Origin: Dehalococcoidia bacterium | GTDB lineage: Bacteria; Chloroflexota; Dehalococcoidia; Lucifugimonadales; UBA3495 | DNA length: 64,000 nt | Reading direction: 5' to 3' | Assembly: GCA_965221385.1 (NCBI GenBank) | Contig: OZ244885.1 | Coordinates: forward strand, 1,088,643 to 1,152,642 | Shown here: piece after piece, positions 56,879 to 64,000 of the stretch | How positions within the stretch are numbered: the first letter of the stretch is position 1 | Layout: each line of letters starts with the position of its first letter | Program-made: the position numbers and the translations under genes | The notes under the pieces: generated by a model | What the model was told of the DNA's origin: nothing | What the model saw: the letters and a program-made list of their open reading frames with translations, nothing else | Databases searched by the model: none

Positions 56879-57666
56879 ACGGCGGCTTTCTTCCCACCAT
56901 GGGGACGACCCTGGCATCAACGCTGCTGGACGTGGTTCCAATCGTGGCGACCCTGGCTTTCTTCCAGGTGGTGGTGCTGCGACGCCGGTTGCCCCATGCC
57001 CGCCGCATGGTGGTCGGTTTTGCCTTTGTGCTGGTGGGGCTGGCCCTTTTCCTGATTGGGTTGGAACAGGCCCTCTTCCCCATCGGTGAGACCATGGCCC
57101 GCCGACTAACCGCGCCGGAAATGCTGGGAACCCTGGGGGTGGAAGGGCAGATAGACTGGCGCAACTACCTACTGGTCTATGCCTTTGCCGCTGCCATCGG
57201 GTTTGCTACCACCATTGCCGAACCTGCCTTGATTGCCGTGGCGGTCAAGGCGGAGGACGTGTCTGGGGGAGCCATCAAGGCCTGGGGCCTTCGCATTGCC
57301 GTCGCCGTTGGGGTGGCCCTGGGGGTGGCGTTGGGCTGTTTCCGCATCGTCACCGGCACGCCCCTGCCCTGGTACATCATCGCCTCCTACGTTGTCGTCA
57401 TAATCCTCACCTTCCAAACCAGCAAGACCATTATTCCCCTGGCCTACGACAGCGGCGGCGTTACTACCTCCACCGTTACGGTGCCAGTTGCTGCGGCTTT
57501 GGGCCTGGGTTTGGCATCCAGCATCCCGGGGCGCAGTCCGCTTATCGATGGGTTCGGACTTATTGCCTTCGCCAGCGTTTTCCCCATAATGACCGTCCTG
57601 GGGTACACCATCGCCGCAAACCACGTTTCCCGATGGAGAAGGCGCGCCCAACCCAGGGGAGAATAG
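56875..57666 (+). CDS. DUF1538 membrane protein (second copy)
   Basis: [37 protein letters not shown]. Confidence 0.75.
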   Translation: MNGGFLPTMGTTLASTLLDVVPIVATLAFFQVVVLRRRLPHARRMVVGFAFVLVGLALFLIGLEQALFPIGETMARRLTAPEMLGTLGVEGQIDWRNYLLVYAFAAAIGFATTIAEPALIAVAVKAEDVSGGAIKAWGLRIAVAVGVALGVALGCFRIVTGTPLPWYIIASYVVVIILTFQTSKTIIPLAYDSGGVTTSTVTVPVAAALGLGLASSIPGRSPLIDGFGLIAFASVFPIMTVLGYTIAANHVSRWRRRAQPRGE

Positions 57667-57776
57667 ACCGAGTTGGCGCCTGTAGTACCAGCCGCGCGTT
57701 TTTCGCCGGGAGGGTACGACGCCGGAAGGATACGACGCCGCGAAGGTACGGCGCCGAAAGGATACGAGAAATGCGA

Positions 57777-58121
57777 ATGAAACTGATAGTAGCCCTGGTC
57801 AGCGAAGACAGGACTGAGGCGGTCATCGATGCGGGCCGGAGCGGTGGCGCCACCGGGGTGACGATAGTTACCAGCGTCCGCGGCGAGGGAAGAGACCCGG
57901 CCCGGACATTCCTGGGGTTGCAGGTGGAGGCCCGGCGCGACCTGGTGATGTTCCTGGTTGCCGATACCCGAGCCCGCCATATACTGGAAAGAATCCGGGA
58001 CCTGGGAAATTTTGACAATGAAAGGGGGGCGGGCATTGCCTTCCAGTTGGACGTGGAGGATGCGGTGGGGCTGGTGTCTCAACTGGACCTGATCCGGGAA
58101 GAGGTGGAAGGAGAGATATGA
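57777..58121 (+). CDS. P-II-like signal transduction protein
   Basis: MKLIVALV..GATGVTI..RG.G.. pattern; alternative ATG at 57771. Confidence 0.65.
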   Translation: MKLIVALVSEDRTEAVIDAGRSGGATGVTIVTSVRGEGRDPARTFLGLQVEARRDLVMFLVADTRARHILERIRDLGNFDNERGAGIAFQLDVEDAVGLVSQLDLIREEVEGEI

Positions 58122-58522
58122 GCGAGTACCGACTTATGAGGGTTGAAGATGTTATGTCCACCAACTTGCATGTAATCAAGGGCCTGGACACGGTAAAGGA
58201 TGCAGTCTTGATAATGCGCCAGCAGGGCGTTAACTCGCTGGTGGTGGAGCGTCGTGATGGCAACGATGAAGCAGGCCTGCTGCTGTTGTCGGACATTGCC
58301 ACCCAGGTTCTCGCCCAGAATCGCGCGCCCGAACGGGTGAATGTGTACGAGGTGATGACCAAGCCAGCCCTCACCCTTCCACCCGGCATGTCGGTACGGA
58401 ATGCGCTGGCATTGCTGACCCGCCTGGAACTTTCCCGCGCCCTGGTGGTTGACGCCGACCGCAACCCCGTCGGCCTGGTTACTCTCCGCGACCTGGCGCT
58501 GGGGGAAGACCCGGAAGACTGA
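58118..58522 (+). CDS. CBS domain pair protein
   Basis: Two CBS-like repeats (VEDVMSTNLHVI.. and VYEVMTKPALTL..GLVTLRDL). Confidence 0.75.
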   Translation: MSEYRLMRVEDVMSTNLHVIKGLDTVKDAVLIMRQQGVNSLVVERRDGNDEAGLLLLSDIATQVLAQNRAPERVNVYEVMTKPALTLPPGMSVRNALALLTRLELSRALVVDADRNPVGLVTLRDLALGEDPED

Positions 58523-58818
58523 AGGGTATGGCCTTACCCAACGGTCGGGGGAAGATCCTTACAAGATAGCTTCCAGATCGGTCCAGAATTACGGAAGCGT
58601 GGGTATTGGCCCTAACCCAGACGCTAACGCGCCCTAGCCCTCTTCGTCTTCGGGGCTTCAATTCTTGACAGCGCAATCGTAACAAAACGATAATGCCATT
58701 GATTGCCAATCGGACTGCCCTCTGACTTGGAGAGTATTCCGGTTGAATTAGGAAAGGGACCGCTCGCCAGCCGCCAATGGGCTGGCCAGTCAGCCTTTCT
58801 CACGGAGGTTGAACTACG

Positions 58819-60210
58819 TTGGCTAACCAAGATATTGAACTCATGGCCCACCTGATGCGCCGCGCCGGCTTCGGAGCCACCCGCGACGAACTGGAAGCGC
58901 GGGTTGCCAGGGGCTACGAGGCCACGGTGGAGGAACTGCTGAATCCTGAATCGTCGGAAGGGCCGGATCGGCTGGACTTCCTGCGTTACCAACCCGGCTT
59001 TTGGAAGCCCCCCACGTCGGCGGGCATGGGCGGCGCCGTTTGGCTGAACGACATGGTCAACACCCAGCGGGTGTTGCAGGAAAAGTTGGTCCTGTTCTGG
59101 CATCACGTCTTTGCCACGGGTTACTCCAAGATCGACCACTATCACGAAGTCTTCAAGCAGATTGACATGTTCCGCGAAATGGGCATGGGCAACTACCGGG
59201 ATCTGCTGGTGGCCCTGGCCAGGGATCCGGCCATGATCTATTGGCTGGACAACTGCGACAACCATTCCTACGCCGTCAACGAGAACTGGGGCCGCGAACT
59301 GCTGGAACTCTTCAGCATGGGTGTGGGCAACTACACCGAAGACGACGTGCGCGAGTGTTCCCGGGCTTTCACCGGCTGGACCATCACTCCCATGATTCCC
59401 CGGCAGGCCTACGGCCGTTTCGACTGGGAGTTTGAGTACCAGGAGGAAGACCACGACGACGAGGAAAAGACCTTCCTGGGACACACCGGCAACTTCAACG
59501 GCGAGGAAATCATCGACATAGTGTGCGCCCATCCAGCCACCGCCCGGTTCGTTGCCCGCCACCTGTACAATTTCTTCGTGGCCGACGAACCCCAGGTGCC
59601 CTCATGGTCGGTGACGCCTCCAAACGATCCTGAGGCGATCGAACTGCTGGCCCAGACCTTCATCGACGCCGGTTACGAGATGGTTCCAGTCCTGCGGGTT
59701 CTGTTCAACTCCGATTTCTTTAAGAACGCCCGTTTCTCCAAGATCAAGAGTCCCGTCGAGGTGGTGGTGGGTACCCTGCGCATGGTGGGAGACTATGAGT
59801 TTCCTGCCCCGGGCATCGGCATCCTCACCAAGGAGTCGGCCTACATGGGCCAGGAGTTGATGAATCCGCCCAGCGTGGAGGGGTGGCACACCGGATCCGA
59901 GTGGATCAACAGCGGCTCCCTGATGAAGCGCATCAATTTCTCCGCCGAGATGGTGGCCAAGACGGAACGCCCCGGAATACGCGGCATTATCAACCGCCTG
60001 CGAACACAGGGAGACCTGACGCCCGGACAATTGATTGACGGGTGTCTGGACCTGATGGGACCGTTGGCAGTGCAGGAGGAGAACCGCCAGGAACTGATCA
60101 ACCACGTGGCCGAGTCGGGCAATCTGGCCTGGAGCGATGCCAATGCTGAAGACCGGGTGGCCGAGGCCCTGCAACTGGTAGTCTCCCTGCGGGAGTACCA
60201 GTACGCCTAG
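58819..60210 (+). CDS. DUF1800 domain protein
   Basis: HLMRRAGFGAT .. LFWHHVFAT .. NENWGRELLELFSMG. Confidence 0.7.
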   Translation: MANQDIELMAHLMRRAGFGATRDELEARVARGYEATVEELLNPESSEGPDRLDFLRYQPGFWKPPTSAGMGGAVWLNDMVNTQRVLQEKLVLFWHHVFATGYSKIDHYHEVFKQIDMFREMGMGNYRDLLVALARDPAMIYWLDNCDNHSYAVNENWGRELLELFSMGVGNYTEDDVRECSRAFTGWTITPMIPRQAYGRFDWEFEYQEEDHDDEEKTFLGHTGNFNGEEIIDIVCAHPATARFVARHLYNFFVADEPQVPSWSVTPPNDPEAIELLAQTFIDAGYEMVPVLRVLFNSDFFKNARFSKIKSPVEVVVGTLRMVGDYEFPAPGIGILTKESAYMGQELMNPPSVEGWHTGSEWINSGSLMKRINFSAEMVAKTERPGIRGIINRLRTQGDLTPGQLIDGCLDLMGPLAVQEENRQELINHVAESGNLAWSDANAEDRVAEALQLVVSLREYQYA

Positions 60211-60382
60211 CGGCCCGACCACCGCCGCCCCGGCTGTCCCTGAATGCCGGGGCACTTCCCCAGGAAAATGAATGTAAACCGGCACGCCGGAGGGAAGTCC
60301 GCTGGCGGCACAGTCCCTTGACCAAAGTATGAGGGGATGATGAGCCACCGGAGGTCAACCGGCGAGGCAGGAGGACGAAACA

Positions 60383-61432
60383 ATGGTAACTCAATTGGTG
60401 GCCGGTCGAGTCTATGACTACGCCCGGGTGGTGGGACGGGGCGCCGTAAGCGGCGCCGGGTTCAACATTCCGTTGGCCATGTGCCTGGCCGGCGACGACA
60501 AAGTATATGTGGTGGACCGGGGAGCCGAGTACATACCTGGGGCAGCCTGGAACCGCAATGTCCACGGCGCCCGAATCGGCGTCTTCTACATCGGCCCCGA
60601 GAATGAAGACGAAGAATGGCGGTTCGAGTTCGGCAAGTACGGCGATGGCGATGGGGAATTCATCTGGCCGGCCGGTGTCGCCCTGGACTCCAGGGGCAAC
60701 GCCTACATTACCGACGAATGGCTCAACCGGGTGAACGTATTCGATCCGGAAGGCAAGTTCATCACCCATTGGGGCAGCGAGGGCAGCGACCCCGGCCAGC
60801 TTTTGGGTCCCAACCGCATCCGCATCGACGCCGATGACACGGTGTACGTGACCGATGGCCGAAATCACCGGGTTCAGAAGTTCGGCTTGGACGGAACCTA
60901 CATTTCCGGGTTTGGCGAATTTGGCGACGGCCCGGGCCAGTTCAACAGCCCCTGGGGTATCACCCTGGACGGGGACGGCCACCTGTACGTCGCCGACACC
61001 AAGAACAATCGCGTTCAGAAATTGACCACCGATGGCCATTTCGTGGCTCAGTTCGGGGCTCAGGGCAATGGGCGCGGCCAACTCAACCGACCGGCGGACG
61101 TGGCGGTGGACCCGGAGGGGGATGTTTACGTCGCCGACTGGGGCAACAGCCGGGTGCAGGCATTTGCCCCGGACGGGAAGTTCCTCACCAGCTTTGTGGG
61201 AGACGCCCAGGAGTATTCCAAGTGGGCCAAGCCGGTACTGACGGCGAGTCCCCAGGCAGTAAGGCGGCGCCGCGAGGTTAAGGACCTGTCCATCGAGTGG
61301 CGGCTGGCCATGCCCGCGGCGGTGGAGTATGACGCCGCCCATCATCGGGTAATGATTGCCGACACCCAGCGCAACCGGATCCAGATCTACAGCAAGCTGC
61401 AGGACTACGCCCCCATCGCGCGCAACCTGTAG
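60383..61432 (+). CDS. NHL-repeat beta-propeller protein
   Basis: Repeated ..G.F..P.G[IV]A.D..G..YV.D..N.R[VI]Q.F.. units. Confidence 0.8.
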   Translation: MVTQLVAGRVYDYARVVGRGAVSGAGFNIPLAMCLAGDDKVYVVDRGAEYIPGAAWNRNVHGARIGVFYIGPENEDEEWRFEFGKYGDGDGEFIWPAGVALDSRGNAYITDEWLNRVNVFDPEGKFITHWGSEGSDPGQLLGPNRIRIDADDTVYVTDGRNHRVQKFGLDGTYISGFGEFGDGPGQFNSPWGITLDGDGHLYVADTKNNRVQKLTTDGHFVAQFGAQGNGRGQLNRPADVAVDPEGDVYVADWGNSRVQAFAPDGKFLTSFVGDAQEYSKWAKPVLTASPQAVRRRREVKDLSIEWRLAMPAAVEYDAAHHRVMIADTQRNRIQIYSKLQDYAPIARNL

Positions 61433-61538
61433 TCCCAGTTCTTGAAGGCAGCGCAGGCTTGGGGCCGGGGCAACCCGGCCCTGCTGGTTTTCCGAATCTG
61501 ACCAAGCGGTTTCCAATCCCAAAGGCGGAGGGCCCAGC

Positions 61539-61883
61539 GTGGACTTGCCCATAATCATGCCAGAAGACGAGGCCAGGTATATACGGCTGGCTTATGACAA
61601 CCCAAACATGCTGTGTTCCGAGGCGCCCCCGGAGATTCTGCGGGACTCCTCCTTCTCCGGCGAGGAACCGACTCCCTTCATACTGAACTTCTTCTCCACT
61701 GGCTACAACCAGTGGCACCTCAAGGCCCGGGGCTTCCGGCTGGACTTTGACCCGGAGCGAGTAACCCGTGGGGCCATAGTACTGTGGCACCGGGCCTGCG
61801 ACCTCTACACCTGCATGGAATACGACCGCCCTCACGAAGACTGGGAGAAGGAGTTCTTCTCCGACGAGGGGCTGTACGATTGA
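61539..61883 (+). CDS. Hypothetical protein
   Basis: 114-aa ORF, non-ATG start in the track. Confidence 0.4.
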   Translation: MDLPIIMPEDEARYIRLAYDNPNMLCSEAPPEILRDSSFSGEEPTPFILNFFSTGYNQWHLKARGFRLDFDPERVTRGAIVLWHRACDLYTCMEYDRPHEDWEKEFFSDEGLYD

Positions 61884-62071
61884 TGCACTGTCCAGCCAGC
61901 AATTGAGATAGTCCTGCCGCCCCGAACAAGAATCCAAGCCTGCGGGGTTACCTGGCGTTGGTTGAGAAGGGCCGGCGTTCCGTTTCGCTATAGCATTTCC
62001 CCCTTCCAACCATTAATATACGGCCATGACCAAAGAGGCTTACCCCAATTCCTGAACAGGAGGGAAGAATC

Positions 62072-63058
62072 ATGGCCGGAAACTACACCATTTCCATAGG
62101 CACCGTGGGGGGCGGGCTTTCTTGCAGCCCCGACGGGGGCGAGTCCTGGAACCGGATCCGCAACCCTATTCCCTCGGAATGCAACGTCCGCGCGCTGACC
62201 GTCTATCCCGACAATCCCCATCGGCTCATCGCCGGTACCGACGTGGGCATTTATCGCAGCGATGATAACGGCATGACCTGGTTCGACCTGGAGGCCCCCG
62301 TTGGCGACCTGCAAGTATGGTCGGTGACCGTGGACCCTCAAGATTCGAAGACCATCTTCGCCGGCACCCGTCCCGACGCCTTCCGTTCCCGGGATGGCGG
62401 CAAGAGCTGGGAGCAACTGTCCCTGGGAGTCACCCTTCCCTGTCCCGTGGGGATTCCCCGCACCACCAACATGATCGTTGACCCCCGCGACCACCGCACG
62501 GTTTGGGCCGGAATCGAGGTGGACGGCATCTACAAGAGCCTGGACGGCGGCGATAACTGGATTCACCTGCCGGACCTGGGGCCTGACCCCTTCCACGGTG
62601 ACATCCACGGCATGACCCTGCGCATCACGGACCGGGGAACGTCGGTTCACGCCACCACGCCCTTTGGCATATCCACCAGCAACGATGAGGGCGAAAGCTG
62701 GGAACTGCACGAGTTCCCCCGGTTCCACGAGGCCGATATGCGCTCCTACTGCCGGGGCATGGCCATCAAACCCGATGATCCCCAGGTGATGTTCGTGGGC
62801 AACGGCGACTCCATCCCTGGAGTTACGGGCGCCATCCAGCGCACCACCGACGGCGGAGCCACCTGGCAGGTCGCGAACCTTCCCCAAGAACCCAATTCCG
62901 TGGTTTACTGGTTCGGCGTCCACCCAGAGGTTAAAGACGTGGTGGTCGGGGCCAGCCTCTACGGCTACGTCTATGTCAGCGAGGACGGCGGCCAGAGCTG
63001 GGAGAAGCTGCAGAAGGAGTTCGGCGAAATCCGCTCCGTGGCATTGACGCCCAACTAA
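62072..63058 (+). CDS. BNR/Asp-box repeat (sialidase/Ycf48-like beta-propeller) protein
   Basis: Seven S/T-x-D-x-G-x-[ST]-W boxes (SPDGGESW, SDDNGMTW, SRDGGKSW, SLDGGDNW, SNDEGESW, TTDGGATW, SEDGGQSW). Confidence 0.8.
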   Translation: MAGNYTISIGTVGGGLSCSPDGGESWNRIRNPIPSECNVRALTVYPDNPHRLIAGTDVGIYRSDDNGMTWFDLEAPVGDLQVWSVTVDPQDSKTIFAGTRPDAFRSRDGGKSWEQLSLGVTLPCPVGIPRTTNMIVDPRDHRTVWAGIEVDGIYKSLDGGDNWIHLPDLGPDPFHGDIHGMTLRITDRGTSVHATTPFGISTSNDEGESWELHEFPRFHEADMRSYCRGMAIKPDDPQVMFVGNGDSIPGVTGAIQRTTDGGATWQVANLPQEPNSVVYWFGVHPEVKDVVVGASLYGYVYVSEDGGQSWEKLQKEFGEIRSVALTPN

Positions 63059-63114
63059 TGGTTAGTCAATCCAGCCATGCGAGGGCTGAATGGCAAGAGT
63101 GGTTGCCTGGTAGG

Positions 63115-63142
63115 GTAGGGGCGCACGGCTGTGCGCCCCTAC
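63115..63142 (+). terminator. 12-bp perfect GC-rich stem-loop downstream of 62072..63058 (no U-tract)
   Basis: GTAGGGGCGCAC-ggct-GTGCGCCCCTAC. Confidence 0.3.
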
Positions 63143-63268
63143 GGTCAACAACTACCTTTCTCCGTCACTCTTCCCTAAATTCTGCATGACGTTAAAGAGT
63201 TAACCGGGTACTAATCCCGGACAACACGAATTTCCATGTCGAGGGACAGCCAAGGTATCCAAACCACC

Positions 63269-63312
63269 GGGGCAAGGTGTTTCCAGGGGAAACACCTTGC
63301 CCCCAATCTTTT
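63269..63312 (+). terminator. 16-bp perfect stem-loop followed by CAATCTTTTC
   Basis: GGGGCAAGGTGTTTCC-agg-GGAAACACCTTGCCCC. Confidence 0.4.
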
Positions 63313-63552
63313 CGAGTCCCCTACAAACTGGGAACCCCCTGATATGTTGGCCTGGCACAGCGCCAGTTGACTGCCCCTGAGAAAGCGCTCATCCCAGTCG
63401 GCCGTATTGCCTCCCTGACATTCCCTCCTTGACATTGGAGGAGGCCATTCCTAAAATCCGGTAGTCCAACGAAATATCGGCCGGTTATACCACAGGCGAA
63501 GTCCACACCGGGGCGCTGGCGCTGGCGCCATTTACACGGGGAGGGATCAGGA

Positions 63553-64000
63553 ATGTCCTCGGAGACGTTTTCCGCCGGGTTCAGTCGCATAGTGAAACCC
63601 CAGGCCAACCTGGAAAAGATTTCCGGTGGCCATATTTTTACCGAGGGTCCCGTCTGGAACGGAAAGGATAACTTCCTGGTCTGGACCGACATCATCGACA
63701 ACAAGATATGGAAGTGGGTTCCCGGGCAGGGCGTGAGCATCATCATGCACCCTTCGGGCAAGGCCGATGGCATGACCTACGACCACCAGGGCCGCCTGTT
63801 GGTGGCCGGTTGGAGCAACCGCACGGTTTGGCGCTGGGAGCACGACGGTTCAACCACGGTGCTGGCCTCCCACATCGACGGCAAGAAACTGAATACCCCC
63901 AACGACATCATCATGAAGTCCGACGGGGTGGTCTATTTCACCGACCCTTCCAACGGCATCCGCAACGTGGGCATGGAGGGTGAGGACGTCCAGAAGTACG
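63553..64000 (+). CDS. SMP-30/gluconolactonase/LRE-family protein, N-terminal part (runs off the right edge)
   Basis: Own translation: MSSETFSAGFSRIVKPQANLEKISGGHIFTEGPVWNGKDNFLVWTDIIDNKIWKW..ADGMTYDHQGRLLVAG..NTPNDII..DGVVYFTDP. Not in the track because no stop lies in the window. Confidence 0.75.
   Translation, partial: MSSETFSAGFSRIVKPQANLEKISGGHIFTEGPVWNGKDNFLVWTDIIDNKIWKWVPGQGVSIIMHPSGKADGMTYDHQGRLLVAGWSNRTVWRWEHDGSTTVLASHIDGKKLNTPNDIIMKSDGVVYFTDPSNGIRNVGMEGEDVQKY

Noticed and set aside
54617-56941. 774-aa minus-strand ORF, the longest unannotated ORF in the right part
   Set aside because: It runs antisense across three well-supported plus-strand genes (ACAD-like and two DUF1538). It is Gly/His/Pro/Arg-rich low-complexity sequence typical of shadow frames in high-GC DNA.

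Overview
High-GC bacterial window, judged by eye because no searches could be run; all family calls come from motif recognition in the supplied translations. About 54 kb is accessory DNA made of two related integrative elements nested inside each other next to tRNA-Lys(UUU) (53933..54008, minus strand). The last 10 kb is ordinary chromosome. Element A (1..11654 plus 52776..~53935) carries a replication/recombination module: SNF2 helicase, methyltransferase remnant, Cas4-like nuclease, Rad52-type annealase and CHC2/Toprim primase. It also has an HTH/coiled-coil regulator, an RHH protein and a large serine recombinase. That recombinase gene is cut after ...EFYSENL (11654) and resumes at AQEVVRGM... 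(52779). The 41.1-kb insert, element B (11655..52775), looks like an integrative conjugative element. It has its own serine recombinase at the left junction, three small HTH genes, an ImmR/ImmA-like pair and a minus-strand type IV secretion/relaxase operon (15789..26326). It also carries a paralogous but more complete replication module in inverted orientation relative to A (28456..38230). Its cargo is a class-1 DISARM-like operon (38340..50711) and an AbiEi/AbiEii pair. The most unusual signal is in the DISARM-type methyltransferase. It is split over three reading frames exactly at a G9 homopolymer (44914..44922) and a perfect (AGCC)27 microsatellite (44310..44417). Two of its conserved segments are also present as diverged tandem copies lying in different frames. 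Other points are a low-GC DUF2075 cassette that replaced the ssb-radC-methyltransferase segment in element A, ~0.6-0.8 kb conserved ORF-free leaders upstream of both replication modules, and a ~60-bp motif whose two copies in B bracket the conjugation module that A lacks at that position. No rRNA, CRISPR array or phage structural genes were seen.
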